From Limnohabitans sp. (GTDB lineage: Bacteria; Pseudomonadota; Gammaproteobacteria; Burkholderiales; Burkholderiaceae_C), in contig JBIIJK010000001.1 in NCBI GenBank assembly GCA_044233865.1, positions 38,465 to 102,464 of the forward strand: 64,000 bases of DNA. Reading direction: 5' to 3'. Shown piece after piece: positions 50,302 to 60,308 of the stretch. A program made the translations under genes and the position numbers. Position 1 is the first letter of the stretch, and each line of letters opens with the position of its first letter. The notes below the pieces were generated by a model that saw only the letters and a program-made list of their open reading frames with translations, ran no database searches and was not told where the DNA came from.

Positions 50302-50864
50302 GCGGCCGATGAAGAACCAACACGCGCAAGCAAGGGTGCGTATTGCCCACTTGCAACCACCAGCAAATCACACAACTCTCTGGCAGCGCCAAAGCCGCCT
50401 TGGCGGCTTGTGACAAAGTGTGCAAGGGCCAGTGCTTGTGCATGGGCATTGATGGGGGCACACGAAATGGCAGCGCGTTGCAGCATGGGCAGATCTGGCC
50501 AATCATCGCCCATGGCGGCAGCTTGGTGCCATCCAAAGCCGAGGGTTTTTAAAAAATCTTCAGCAGCAGGCAGTTTGTCTTCCGTGCCAAACTTGGCGTG
50601 CTCAATGCCAAGCGCTTTGAGCCGGAACCTCAGGGGCGCAGAGTCGCGGCCTGTAATGATCACAGGTGTGATGCCGGCTTGCTTTAAAAGTTTTAAACCA
50701 TGGCCATCTAGAGTGCTGAAACGTTTGAGTGTTTCACCCTGCTCAGAAAAGTACAAGCCACCGTCTGTTAAAACACCATCCACATCAAAAAAGGCCACTT
50801 TGATGCCTTGCGCTTGAAGCAGCAGCTCTGGTGGAAAATGGAGCGCAGGTTGAATGATTTGCAT
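50298..50864 (-). CDS. kdsC: 3-deoxy-D-manno-octulosonate 8-phosphate phosphatase
   Basis: HAD motif FFDVDGVLTDG. Position is kdsD-kdsC-lptC. Confidence 0.9.
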   Translation of the reverse strand: MQIIQPALHFPPELLLQAQGIKVAFFDVDGVLTDGGLYFSEQGETLKRFSTLDGHGLKLLKQAGITPVIITGRDSAPLRFRLKALGIEHAKFGTEDKLPAAEDFLKTLGFGWHQAAAMGDDWPDLPMLQRAAISCAPINAHAQALALAHFVTSRQGGFGAARELCDLLVVASGQYAPLLARVGSSSAA

Positions 50865-50891
50865 GGTGTTGGAGCGGCCAGTGAATTGTTC

Positions 50892-51869
50892 TTAGATGAC
50901 TTTAGCGCGCATGAGGTCATTGCTGTTGAGGGCGCCACACAAAGCGCCAGATTCATTCACCACCAAAACGCTGGTAATTTGGAATTGCTCCATGAGCTCG
51001 GCCGCCTCTACAGCCAATGCATCGTGCAGAACAGTTCGTGGATTGACATGCATCACCTCTTTGGCACGCAGTGCTCGCAAGTCAACACCTTTTTCGATGA
51101 GGCGCCTTAAATCACCATCAGTGAACACTCCCAAGATTTTAAGATGTTCGTCCACGATGGCCGATGCACCCAAACCTTTTTGGCTCATTTCACGCATGAG
51201 CTCAGTAAAACTCGCATCAGCTAAGACATGCGGTACTTGATCACCTTTGCGCATGACGTCTTCGACATGCGTCAGCAAGCGACGGCCCAAAGAGCCACCA
51301 GGGTGTGAGCGAGCAAAGTCTTCAGCTTTGAAACCGCGGGCGTCTAGCAGCGCGACAGCCAAAGCATCACCCAAGGCCAATTGCGCCGTGGTGCTGGCAG
51401 TGGGTGCCAAATTCAAAGGACAAGCCTCTTTGTCAACACTGCTGTCTAAAACCACATCGGCGTGTTTGGCCAGCGCCGAGTTCATGCCGCCGGTCATGGC
51501 AATCAGGGGCACGCCTTGTCGTTTCAAGACGGGCAGGATGGAAACAAGCTCATCGCTTTCGCCACTGTTAGAGATGGCCAATACGATGTCGACGGCTTTG
51601 ATCATGCCGAGGTCGCCGTGGCTGGCTTCTCCGGGGTGAACAAACATGGCCGGTGTGCCTGTAGACGCCAAGGTGGCTGCTATTTTGGAGCCAATGTGCC
51701 CGCTCTTGCCCATGCCGGTGACCACCACGCGGCCTTTGACGTTGAGCATCATCTGAACGGCTTGTGAAAAGCGATGGTCCAAACGGGATTTGAGTCCGAT
51801 CAGGGCTTGTGCCTCAATGTCCAATGTCTCGCGTGCGAGTTGGAGGGCTTGGTCTGGGTTGAATGACAT
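50892..51869 (-). CDS. kdsD: arabinose-5-phosphate isomerase
   Basis: 325 aa. SIS domain (GMGKSGHIG) plus tandem CBS domains. Confidence 0.93.
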   Translation of the reverse strand: MSFNPDQALQLARETLDIEAQALIGLKSRLDHRFSQAVQMMLNVKGRVVVTGMGKSGHIGSKIAATLASTGTPAMFVHPGEASHGDLGMIKAVDIVLAISNSGESDELVSILPVLKRQGVPLIAMTGGMNSALAKHADVVLDSSVDKEACPLNLAPTASTTAQLALGDALAVALLDARGFKAEDFARSHPGGSLGRRLLTHVEDVMRKGDQVPHVLADASFTELMREMSQKGLGASAIVDEHLKILGVFTDGDLRRLIEKGVDLRALRAKEVMHVNPRTVLHDALAVEAAELMEQFQITSVLVVNESGALCGALNSNDLMRAKVI

Positions 51870-52005
51870 GGGCTTATTTTAGCGAGTGATGGCCCAAAGC
51901 GTGACTATGATGGTGCTTTCGACCAGTTGTCGTCGTGGAGTGCGTAAGATGAGTCAAGGATTGGGTTCAATGAGGGGTGAGCGGGCAATGGGAGCCACAG
52001 ATGAA

Positions 52006-52557
52006 ATGGCCGTGTCGGTCAACGATTATTTAAGAAACAACATCCGCACCGTGCCCGATTGGCCGGTAGCGGGCGTGCAGTTTCGAGACATCACGCCCTT
52101 GCTTCAAAATCCAAGGGTTTTTCGTGTGCTGATCGATGCCTTTGTCCATCGCTACATGTCACCTGCCATGCGGCCTGATGTAGTGGCCGGCCTAGATGCG
52201 CGTGGCTTTATTTTGGGGGCTGTGGTGGCCTATGAATTGAACGTTGGCTTCGTACCTGTTCGCAAAAAAGGAAAGTTGCCTTTCACCACGGTAGAAGAAA
52301 CCTATGAATTGGAATACGGCACAGCTACCGTTGAATTGCACACCGATGCGGTCAAGCCAGGTCAAAGAGTCTTGTTGATTGATGATTTGATCGCAACAGG
52401 TGGCACCATGATGGCGGGCATGAAGCTCCTCGAAAAACTGGGAGCTGAAGTGATTGAAGGTGCGGCCATTGTGGATTTGCCGGAACTAGGCGGATCAGAA
52501 AAACTGAAAGCCGCAGGATTGCCCTTGTTCACATTGGTGAACTTTGAGGGACACTGA
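52006..52557 (+). CDS. apt: adenine phosphoribosyltransferase
   Basis: PRPP motif [13 protein letters not shown]. The ATG at 52006 gives a standard-length Apt (about 183 aa), while the listed 51886 start adds 40 non-conserved residues. Confidence 0.92.
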   Translation: MAVSVNDYLRNNIRTVPDWPVAGVQFRDITPLLQNPRVFRVLIDAFVHRYMSPAMRPDVVAGLDARGFILGAVVAYELNVGFVPVRKKGKLPFTTVEETYELEYGTATVELHTDAVKPGQRVLLIDDLIATGGTMMAGMKLLEKLGAEVIEGAAIVDLPELGGSEKLKAAGLPLFTLVNFEGH

Positions 52558-52611
52558 AATTGAAGCCTAGATGTCAATGCTCACATCGGGCTTGAAGACC
52601 CCAGCCGCTTA

Positions 52612-54399
52612 TCAAGCGTTGAACTGAAGCGCTGCCAAGCCAGCATAAACACCGCCCATTTCAACCAGCGCTGCGTGCTTACCTTGCTCTACCAAGCGGC
52701 CATGCTCCAAGACCAAAATGTTGTCAGCTTTTTGCACAGTGGCAAGTCGGTGTGCAATGACCAAGGTGGTTCGACCGCGCATGGCCGACTCTAAAGCGGC
52801 TTGAACCATCCTCTCACTGTGTGCATCCAAGGCGCTGGTGGCTTCGTCCAACAGCAAGAGCGGTGGATTTTTGAGCATGGCGCGCGCAATGGCAATGCGT
52901 TGACGTTGGCCGCCTGATAAACGCACGCCACGCTCACCCAGAAAGGTGTTGTAGCCATCTGGCAGGTCGACAATGAATTCTTCAGCAAAGGCTGCCACGG
53001 CCGCAGCCTTCACCTCCTCGTCGCTTGCATCTGGTTTGCCGTAGCGGATGTTGTCCATGGCACTGCTTGAAAAAAGAACAGGCTCTTGCGGCACGATGCC
53101 AATGCGTTGTCGAAGATCGTGCAGGCTGAAGCTTTGAATGGCCACACCATCCAACACAATGCGTCCTTGTTGCGGATCGTAATAACGAAGCAACAAACCA
53201 AACAAAGTGGTTTTGCCCGCACCACTCGGGCCAACCAGTGCCACTGTTTGGCCCGCTTCAATGGCCACTGAAAAGTCTTGCAGTGCCAATTGAGAAGGAC
53301 GAGAGGGATAATGAAATTGGAGTGATTCAAATTTCAAAGTGCTGCCAGTCGATGGTGCGATAGAGGTAACGGGCTTTGCAGGTGATTGCACGGGAGATAC
53401 GCTGCTGAGCAACTCTATGAGACGTTCTGTAGCGCCTGCAGCACGCAGCAAATCGCCATAGGTTTCACCCAGCACAGCCACAGCACCTGCAAAAATAATC
53501 ACATACAAAACGGCTTGGCCCAACTGGCCTGCTGAGAGTTCACCTGCTAGAACTGCTTGTGTGCCCTGATACAAACCCCACAGCAAGAAAGCAGCATTGG
53601 CAATGATGATGAAGGCGACCAACACCGAGCGCGCGCGAGTGCGCCGAATGGCTGTTTGAAAACCTTGTTCTGTAGCGCTTGCAAAACGTGCTGCTTCACG
53701 GTTTTCGGCTGTGTAGCTTTGCACCACTGGCATGGCATTCAAGATTTCAGTGGCAATGCTGCTGGCATCTGCCACGCGGTCTTGGCTGGCGCGTGACAAA
53801 CGGCGCACACGGCGGCCATAGAGGGTGGCGGGCCATACAACCAACACCACGGTCACAACCAATTGCAGCATGACAGTGGGGTGAGCCCATACCAACATGG
53901 CCAAAGCACCCACACCCATGACCGCATTGCGCAATCCCATGGACAATGAACTGCCAACAACGGTTTGTACCAAGGTGGTGTCGGCCACCAGGCGGCTGAT
54001 GACTTCGCCAGTGGGGGTGGTTTCAAAAAATGCGGGGCTTTGCTTTAAAACATGGTTGTAAACCGCGTTGCGCAAATCGGTGGTGACGCGCTCGCCTAGC
54101 CAACTGACTGTGAAGAAGCGAGCAGCAGAAAACACACCCAGTGCAACGGCAACGCCAAACAGCATCATGAAATTGCCTTGCAATGCCATGGCCTGTGCGC
54201 CAGGGTCGGGGTGCTGCAAGCCGTTGTCTATCAATTGACGCAATGCAACTGGAAAAATCAAGGTAGAGGCTGCAGCCAAGACCAAGAACACCATCGCTAA
54301 ACCAATTTGCAACTTATAAGGTTTTAAAAAAGGTACCAAGCCACTCAATGACTTTGGATTTTGTGGTGCAGGTCGATCGATGATGGGCGTCTTGGCCAT
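52612..54399 (-). CDS. ABC transporter, fused permease/ATPase (exporter type, MsbA-like fold)
   Basis: 595 aa. Six N-terminal TM helices, Walker A GPSGAGKTT, signature LSGGQRQR and Walker B LLLLDEATSALD. Confidence 0.9.
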   Translation of the reverse strand: MAKTPIIDRPAPQNPKSLSGLVPFLKPYKLQIGLAMVFLVLAAASTLIFPVALRQLIDNGLQHPDPGAQAMALQGNFMMLFGVAVALGVFSAARFFTVSWLGERVTTDLRNAVYNHVLKQSPAFFETTPTGEVISRLVADTTLVQTVVGSSLSMGLRNAVMGVGALAMLVWAHPTVMLQLVVTVVLVVWPATLYGRRVRRLSRASQDRVADASSIATEILNAMPVVQSYTAENREAARFASATEQGFQTAIRRTRARSVLVAFIIIANAAFLLWGLYQGTQAVLAGELSAGQLGQAVLYVIIFAGAVAVLGETYGDLLRAAGATERLIELLSSVSPVQSPAKPVTSIAPSTGSTLKFESLQFHYPSRPSQLALQDFSVAIEAGQTVALVGPSGAGKTTLFGLLLRYYDPQQGRIVLDGVAIQSFSLHDLRQRIGIVPQEPVLFSSSAMDNIRYGKPDASDEEVKAAAVAAFAEEFIVDLPDGYNTFLGERGVRLSGGQRQRIAIARAMLKNPPLLLLDEATSALDAHSERMVQAALESAMRGRTTLVIAHRLATVQKADNILVLEHGRLVEQGKHAALVEMGGVYAGLAALQFNA

Positions 54400-54402
54400 G
54401 TG

Positions 54403-55845
54403 TTATTTACCAATGCAAAAGCTGGAGAAAATAACGCCCAGCAAATCGTCGGCGTTGAACTCGCCTGTAATTTCATTCAAAGCTGTTTGCGACAAGCGCA
54501 ACTCTTCAGCCAACAAGTCCAGCGATTGGGCTTGTGCGCGCAAATGCGCATCGGCCATTTCAATGTGCGACTGAACACGTTTGAGTGCTTGAACGTGCCG
54601 TTCGCGCGCCAAGTACAAACCTTCACTGGCCGGTTGCCAGCCTGCTGTCTGAAGCAACTTGGCTCGAAGTCGATCAATGCCCAGCCCTGTTTTGGCAGAC
54701 AAATGAATGTCATTGGTGGTGTTGTCATGGGCACGAGGTGTTGCAGCATCAGGTGCAAGGTCGAACTTGTTCCAGACGTTTAGCACAGTCACGCCATTCG
54801 GAACTTGCGCGGCAAGACTTTCTTGTATTTTGAGATCGGCCTGCAAATACTCAGGGTCATGACTGCGCGTCAGGTCGTGCAAAAACAAGACAGCATCTGC
54901 CCCAGCAATTTGGGCCCAAGCGCGTTGAATGCCAATTTGCTCGACCTCATCAATGCCTTCACCTTCACGCAGACCTGCGGTGTCAATGATGTGAATGGGC
55001 ACGCCTTCAATTTGAATGGTTTGTTGCACCACATCGCGCGTGGTGCCTGCAATGGGGGTCACGATGGCCAACTCAGCACCCGCCAAGGCATTGAGCAGTG
55101 AGCTTTTTCCTGCATTGGGTTGGCCTGCAATGACCACCTTGATGCCCTCACGCAACAATGCACCTTGCTGGGTTCGCACCAATACTTTTTCAAGTTGCGT
55201 TTGCAGCCGCTCGAGCTGACCCTGCGCATCGGCTTTCTGCAAAAAATCAATTTCTTCTTCTGGAAAATCCAAAGTGGCTTCGACCAACATGCGCAAGTGA
55301 ACCAAGCTGTCGCGCAGCGTGTGAATTTCTTGAGAGAACACACCGGCCAAAGATCTACTGGCACTGCGTGCAGCAGCACTGGTGGATGCATCAATCAAAT
55401 CGGCAATGGCTTCGGCTTGTGCCAAATCAATTTTGTCATTTAGAAATGCGCGTTGTGTGAATTCGCCAGCGTGCGCCAAGCGAAGACCCTGAAGCAGCAC
55501 CTTGCCAGTGTGCGGGTTAATAGACTCCGCCAACTCAATGCAGCGCGCTAAGAGCAATTGCAAGACCACCGGACCCCCGTGTGCTTGCAACTCAAGAACA
55601 TCCTCACCTGTATAGGAGTGAGGGCCAGGAAAGAAGATGGCCAGTCCCTGGTCAATGGGCTCGCCCGTTTCGTCGTTGAAGGGCAAGTAATGTGCTTGAC
55701 GTGCTTGGAGTGGCTTGCCGCAAAAAGCGTCAGCCCACGTTTTCAAGTGCGGCCCTGAAACTCGCACGATGCCCACCGCGCCTCTGCCAGGGGCCGTGGC
55801 AATGGCAATGATGGGATCTTGATGGCGAGACAACATGGCGGTCAT
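54403..55845 (-). CDS. mnmE: tRNA uridine-5-carboxymethylaminomethyl modification GTPase
   Basis: 480 aa. G-domain [12 protein letters not shown] and DTAGLR, with the C-terminal CIGK motif. Confidence 0.95.
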   Translation of the reverse strand: MTAMLSRHQDPIIAIATAPGRGAVGIVRVSGPHLKTWADAFCGKPLQARQAHYLPFNDETGEPIDQGLAIFFPGPHSYTGEDVLELQAHGGPVVLQLLLARCIELAESINPHTGKVLLQGLRLAHAGEFTQRAFLNDKIDLAQAEAIADLIDASTSAAARSASRSLAGVFSQEIHTLRDSLVHLRMLVEATLDFPEEEIDFLQKADAQGQLERLQTQLEKVLVRTQQGALLREGIKVVIAGQPNAGKSSLLNALAGAELAIVTPIAGTTRDVVQQTIQIEGVPIHIIDTAGLREGEGIDEVEQIGIQRAWAQIAGADAVLFLHDLTRSHDPEYLQADLKIQESLAAQVPNGVTVLNVWNKFDLAPDAATPRAHDNTTNDIHLSAKTGLGIDRLRAKLLQTAGWQPASEGLYLARERHVQALKRVQSHIEMADAHLRAQAQSLDLLAEELRLSQTALNEITGEFNADDLLGVIFSSFCIGK

Positions 55846-55873
55846 AAATTTAAAACATCAATGAGGCAAAGCA

Positions 55874-55897
55874 ACAGGGCCGCATGAGCGGCCCTGT
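55874..55897 (-). terminator. hairpin downstream of yidC (possible terminator/attenuator before mnmE)
   Basis: ACAGGGCCGC-atga-GCGGCCCTGT is a perfect 10-bp stem. On the minus strand it is followed by TTGCTTTGCC. Confidence 0.45.
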
Positions 55898-55948
55898 GTT
55901 GGTCATTTCACTGCAGGCCAATGGGCCCTGCTGTTGAATGAAGGGCGT

Positions 55949-57652
55949 TCAATTGAATTTTGGCAGATTGAACTGCGGCGGTACACCCATTCTGGTGTTG
56001 ATCATCCATTGCTGTGCAATGGACAAAATGTTGTTGGTGATCCAGTAAAGCACCAAGCCCGCTGGGAAAAAGAAGAACATGACGCTGAACACCAAGGGCA
56101 TGATCCACATCAGCTTGGCTTGCATAGGATCTGGGGGCGCAGGGTTGAGCGCGGTTTGCAGCATGGTAGAGAGCGTCATCACCACGGGCAAAATGAAGTA
56201 GGGATCAGGTGCTGATAAGTCTTGAATCCAACCAATCCAGGGCGCATTGCGCATTTCAACGGAGGACAACAACACCCAATAAAGCGCAATGAACACAGGA
56301 ATTTGAACCATGATGGGGAAGCAACCGCCCATGGGGTTGACTTTCTCTTCGCGGTAGATGCGCATCATTTCTTGCTGCATTTGCTGTGGGTTGTCTTTTA
56401 GACGTTCGCGCATTTCCATGATTTTGGGGTTGATGGCTTTCATCTTGGCCATGCTGGAATAGGCCTTGGCATTGAGCCAATAGAACGCCAACTTGAGCAA
56501 GAACACCAGAGCCACAATGGCCCAACCCCAGTTTTGCAAAAAGCCAAACAAGCGATCAAGCAACCAGTAAAGTGGTTTTGCCAAAACGGTTAACCAACCG
56601 TAGTCTTTGACCAACTCCAAGCCGGGTGCTAAAGCCTCGAGTATTTTTTCTTCTTGAGGGCCGACAAAGAGGGTGGCGTCCATGGTTTTACTTTGACCAG
56701 GCGCAAGCTCATTGAAGGGCGTGATCATGCCAACGGCGTACAAATTGGTATCCACTTTTCGGGCAAAGTTTTCACGCGAAGTGTTTTCAGGCAGCAACCA
56801 GGCCGATGCAAAGTAGTGCTGCACCATGGCCACATAGCCCTGTTGGGTTGTTTTCTCAAAATCGGGTTTTCCTTTTTCGATGTCAGAGAACTCAATCTTT
56901 TGGTATTTTTTCGCATCGGTGTAAACAGCGGGCCCCGTGAAGGTCATGTAAAAAGAAGACTCACCTTCAGGCTTGTTGCCATCGCGCACGAGCTGAACAT
57001 ACAGTTGTGGGGCCGCAGGGGCCGCGCCTGTATTGACAACTTTGTGCGAAACCTTCAAAGCATAACTGCCGCGTGTCAAGGTGTATGTTTTGACCAATTT
57101 CAAGCCACCCGTATCGGCAGACTCAAATGTCAAGATCAGTTCATTTTGACCCGCTTTGAGCTCACGCTCGCCAGTGAATTTCATGGGTGTTTTGTGCGAG
57201 GCAAAGGGGCCGCCAATCAAGCCCGTTTGGGCCAAATAGACGCGAGACTTGCTTTGGTCCAACAGAACAAAGGGCTTCTGCTCGTCTGCAATGTCTCCAA
57301 ACTTCAAGAACTCGGAACGCACAAGGGAGCCGCCTTCCGTGTCAAAGCTTAGTTTTAAAACATCGGTGCTGACATCAATGCGCTCGAGCGGGGTGGCAAC
57401 AGGCGCGTTGGCAGAAACTGGAACTTGTGAGGGGTCGGCTGGCGTGTTGGTGGCTGTAATTGGGGTGGATGCAACAGGCAAGTCTTTAACCGCAGAAGGC
57501 GTGGCGGCTGCCGTTGCTTTGTCGGCGGGTGCCGCTGTAGGGGCAGGGAAGAACGTGGCCTTGTTCCCGTTGTAAACCTGCCATTGGTCCCATAAAAGAA
57601 CCATGGAGAAGCCAAAAATGACCCATAAAAAGGTACGGCGAATATCGTTCAT
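55949..57652 (-). CDS. yidC: membrane protein insertase YidC
   Basis: MNDIRRTFLWVIFGFSMVLLWDQW is the canonical N-terminus, followed by a large periplasmic domain and the conserved C-terminal 5-TM core. The ATG at 57652 overlaps the yidD stop (ATGA). Confidence 0.95.
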   Translation of the reverse strand: MNDIRRTFLWVIFGFSMVLLWDQWQVYNGNKATFFPAPTAAPADKATAAATPSAVKDLPVASTPITATNTPADPSQVPVSANAPVATPLERIDVSTDVLKLSFDTEGGSLVRSEFLKFGDIADEQKPFVLLDQSKSRVYLAQTGLIGGPFASHKTPMKFTGERELKAGQNELILTFESADTGGLKLVKTYTLTRGSYALKVSHKVVNTGAAPAAPQLYVQLVRDGNKPEGESSFYMTFTGPAVYTDAKKYQKIEFSDIEKGKPDFEKTTQQGYVAMVQHYFASAWLLPENTSRENFARKVDTNLYAVGMITPFNELAPGQSKTMDATLFVGPQEEKILEALAPGLELVKDYGWLTVLAKPLYWLLDRLFGFLQNWGWAIVALVFLLKLAFYWLNAKAYSSMAKMKAINPKIMEMRERLKDNPQQMQQEMMRIYREEKVNPMGGCFPIMVQIPVFIALYWVLLSSVEMRNAPWIGWIQDLSAPDPYFILPVVMTLSTMLQTALNPAPPDPMQAKLMWIMPLVFSVMFFFFPAGLVLYWITNNILSIAQQWMINTRMGVPPQFNLPKFN

Positions 57653-57933
57653 GAAGACTTCTTCGAAGAGGAGTGAGTTAACGGGTGATGCAATAAACGC
57701 GAAAGCCACTTGGGTGCTTGTTCGGGCACCGGGTCGTGGCCACCGTTGCACCATGGCTGGCAACGGCCTATACGTCTGAGGGTGAGATAACTGCCAACTC
57801 CGGCGCCATGTTGCTTTAACGCATCGATGGCATAAACAGAGCAGGTGGGCTCAAACCGACATGCCGATCCTAACCAAGGGCTGAGGAAAAGGCGATACCC
57901 TTTCACAATGCCGATCAATAGTTTCTGAATCAT
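57649..57933 (-). CDS. yidD: membrane protein insertion efficiency factor YidD
   Basis: 94 aa. YRLFLSPWLGSACRFEPTCSVYAIDAL is the YidD signature. Confidence 0.9.
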   Translation of the reverse strand: MIQKLLIGIVKGYRLFLSPWLGSACRFEPTCSVYAIDALKQHGAGVGSYLTLRRIGRCQPWCNGGHDPVPEQAPKWLSRLLHHPLTHSSSKKSS

Positions 57934-58343
57934 GGCTTGTTGGTTGCGTGTTCAAACAGCTGCTCTAGCTCAAGCCGCACAGCTTGCTTGAGGAGTGTGG
58001 ATGTGGCGCTGATGAATTGTTTCCGATCAAATCCTGAACGCAATCGAACAACGTGGGCTGCACAGGGCAATCGAACTTCAAACTGCGCACTGATGGCGTA
58101 GATTTGTCGCTTGATGGTGTTGCGAGTGACGGCACGTCGGGCCCAACGTTTGGGCACCATGGCGCCAAGCCAAACAGCTTGCGGGTGAAAGAGAGGGGGA
58201 TGCGCATCTTCAACCTGTGGGTTGACTGCAGTTGTGCCAGAGTTAGGCAAACTGAGTCGATGCAATGCGAAATGTGGGGTGCGAGAAACCGTGCCACCTG
58301 CGAGGGCAGCCTGGAATTGAGGGCGGGTTTTTAATCGCTGCAC
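57930..58343 (-). CDS. rnpA: ribonuclease P protein component
   Basis: 137 aa basic protein between rpmH and yidD. Contains the RNR-like motif (AVTRNTIKRQIY). Confidence 0.88.
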   Translation of the reverse strand: MQRLKTRPQFQAALAGGTVSRTPHFALHRLSLPNSGTTAVNPQVEDAHPPLFHPQAVWLGAMVPKRWARRAVTRNTIKRQIYAISAQFEVRLPCAAHVVRLRSGFDRKQFISATSTLLKQAVRLELEQLFEHATNKP

Positions 58344-58394
58344 ACCACTGCCGAGTCATGGGATTGCCCAATCAACAAGGGGCAATAACCAGGC

Positions 58395-58529
58395 TTAAGC
58401 AGCCAAGCGTTTACGGCCTTTGGCGCGGCGTGCATTGATCACAGCGCGGCCACCACGTGTTTTCATGCGAACCAAAAAGCCGTGAGTACGTGCGCGGCGT
58501 GTCTTAGAGGGTTGATAAGTGCGTTTCAT
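58395..58529 (-). CDS. rpmH: 50S ribosomal protein L34
   Basis: Not in the ORF track (44 aa). My minus-strand translation is [44 protein letters not shown]. Confidence 0.95.
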   Translation of the reverse strand: MKRTYQPSKTRRARTHGFLVRMKTRGGRAVINARRAKGRKRLAA

Positions 58530-58674
58530 TTTGAATCAGATATTTTTGGGGGAAACCGGCGATTATCGCAAACTTTCTGGGGGCTGGCAAACTCTGTTGA
58601 CCTAAAGCCCAGAAAATATCCATGGACCCACCTGAAAATTCTGGTTTATGATGACACAAGCTGTCCGCCGTGCA

Positions 58675-58683
58675 TGTGGATAA
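58675..58683 (-). promoter_or_regulatory. perfect DnaA box (TTATCCACA) upstream of dnaA
   Basis: The plus strand reads TGTGGATAA, 61 nt upstream of the dnaA ORF start. A second 7/9 box, cTgTCCACA, lies at 58725-58733. Confidence 0.7.
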
Positions 58684-58743
58684 ACTCTTGATAAAGTTAC
58701 TTTTGAGTCCAATGAAACAACCATCTGTCCACACCCTAGGCGC

Positions 58744-60150
58744 TTGCCAATGAGCAACGGACAGCATCCTTCAGACGCAGACGAAGCTGGCCAAGCGCTT
58801 TGGCAGGTGTGCCTAGACGAGCTGGCTCAGGAGATCCCTGAGCAGCAATTCAACACTTGGATCAAGCCGCTGACCGCCCAGGTCTCTGATGACCTTTCTA
58901 AGGTCACATTGTTCGTGGCCAACCGATTCAAATTAGATTGGATACGGGCCCAATACAGCGCTAAATTGGCCGACGTCTTGTCTCGATTGCACGGCCAAAA
59001 AATTCTAATAGAGTTAGCACTTGCTACCCGAGAGGTTCAAGGAAAAACAGCATTCTCAATGGCGAAAGCTGCTTTGGAGGCCAGGCCCGAAACAGTCGAT
59101 GCGCCAGATGAAGCGCCCGCCGATGGCCATCGTCATCGTTTGAACACAGCCCTCACTTTTGACACCTTGGTGGAAGGCTCTGCCAACCGCATGGCCCGCG
59201 CTGCAGCCATGCATGTAGCCACCATGCCCGGCCACCTTTACAACCCGCTTTTCATCTACGGTGGCGTGGGTTTGGGTAAGACCCACTTGGTGCATGCGGT
59301 GGGAAACAAGCTGTTGGCTGACAGGCCCGACGCCAAAGTTCTCTACATTCACGCTGAGCAGTTTGTGTCGGATGTGGTTAAAGCCTATCAACGCAAAACA
59401 TTTGACGAGTTCAAGCACCGTTACCACTCGCTCGATTTGCTCCTCATTGACGACGTGCAATTCTTTGCCAACAAAGATCGCACCCAAGAAGAGTTTTTCA
59501 ACGCCTTTGAGGCCTTGCTGGCCAAAAAGTCGCACATTGTGATGACCAGCGACACCTATCCCAAAGGCTTGGCCGACATCCATGAGCGCTTGGTTTCCCG
59601 ATTTGATTCGGGCCTCACGGTGGCCATTGAGCCGCCCGAGCTTGAAATGCGGGTGGCCATTTTGATCAACAAGGCCATCAGTGAAGGCAGTGTCATGCCA
59701 GAAGAAGTGGCCTTCTTTGTGGCCAAGAACGTGCGTTCGAACGTGCGTGAACTTGAAGGTGCATTGCGCAAAATCTTGGCGTATTCGCGTTTTAACCAAA
59801 AGGAAATTTCCATCCAATTGGCACGTGAAGCCCTGCGCGACTTGCTGTCCATTCAAAACCGCCAAATCAGCGTCGAAAACATTCAAAAAACGGTGGCCGA
59901 TTACTACAAAATCAAGGTCGCCGACATGTACTCCAAAAAGCGCCCGGCCAGCATTGCCCGGCCGCGTCAGATTGCCATGTACTTGGCCAAAGAATTGACC
60001 CAAAAAAGCTTGCCCGAAATTGGCGAGTTGTTTGGTGGCAGAGACCACACCACAGTCTTGCATGCTGTGCGAAAAATCAGCGCAGAACGCCAGCAATTGA
60101 CCGAGTTGAACCAGCAATTACACGTTTTGGAACAAACCCTAAAAGGTTAA
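58744..60150 (+). CDS. dnaA: chromosomal replication initiator DnaA
   Basis: 468 aa. Walker [11 protein letters not shown], the AAA+ core, and C-terminal DNA-binding domain ...[11 protein letters not shown]. The start may be the TTG at 58744 or the ATG at 58750. Confidence 0.97.
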   Translation: MPMSNGQHPSDADEAGQALWQVCLDELAQEIPEQQFNTWIKPLTAQVSDDLSKVTLFVANRFKLDWIRAQYSAKLADVLSRLHGQKILIELALATREVQGKTAFSMAKAALEARPETVDAPDEAPADGHRHRLNTALTFDTLVEGSANRMARAAAMHVATMPGHLYNPLFIYGGVGLGKTHLVHAVGNKLLADRPDAKVLYIHAEQFVSDVVKAYQRKTFDEFKHRYHSLDLLLIDDVQFFANKDRTQEEFFNAFEALLAKKSHIVMTSDTYPKGLADIHERLVSRFDSGLTVAIEPPELEMRVAILINKAISEGSVMPEEVAFFVAKNVRSNVRELEGALRKILAYSRFNQKEISIQLAREALRDLLSIQNRQISVENIQKTVADYYKIKVADMYSKKRPASIARPRQIAMYLAKELTQKSLPEIGELFGGRDHTTVLHAVRKISAERQQLTELNQQLHVLEQTLKG

Positions 60151-60308
60151 GCCAGATGGTCTTTCTGGGCGTGTTTTTGGGACGGGGCTGAAGCCCCCCC
60201 AAAGAATGCTGAATTAAGGCGGTCAAAAGCTCAATTTAAGGCAAAAAATCAGCGAAAATCTAGGGGCGCCCGAATTCCAAATCGGGGCCCCCTAAAACAG
60301 AGGAAGAC

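Noticed and set aside
52612-54399. ABC exporter considered as the dedicated exporter for the putative double-glycine-leader PLA2-like protein
   Set aside because: It begins directly with the transmembrane domain and has no N-terminal C39 peptidase domain. It lies 50 kb away in the mnmE-yidC core region.
59056-60117. 353-aa minus-strand ORF
   Set aside because: It is antisense to dnaA and is a shadow ORF.
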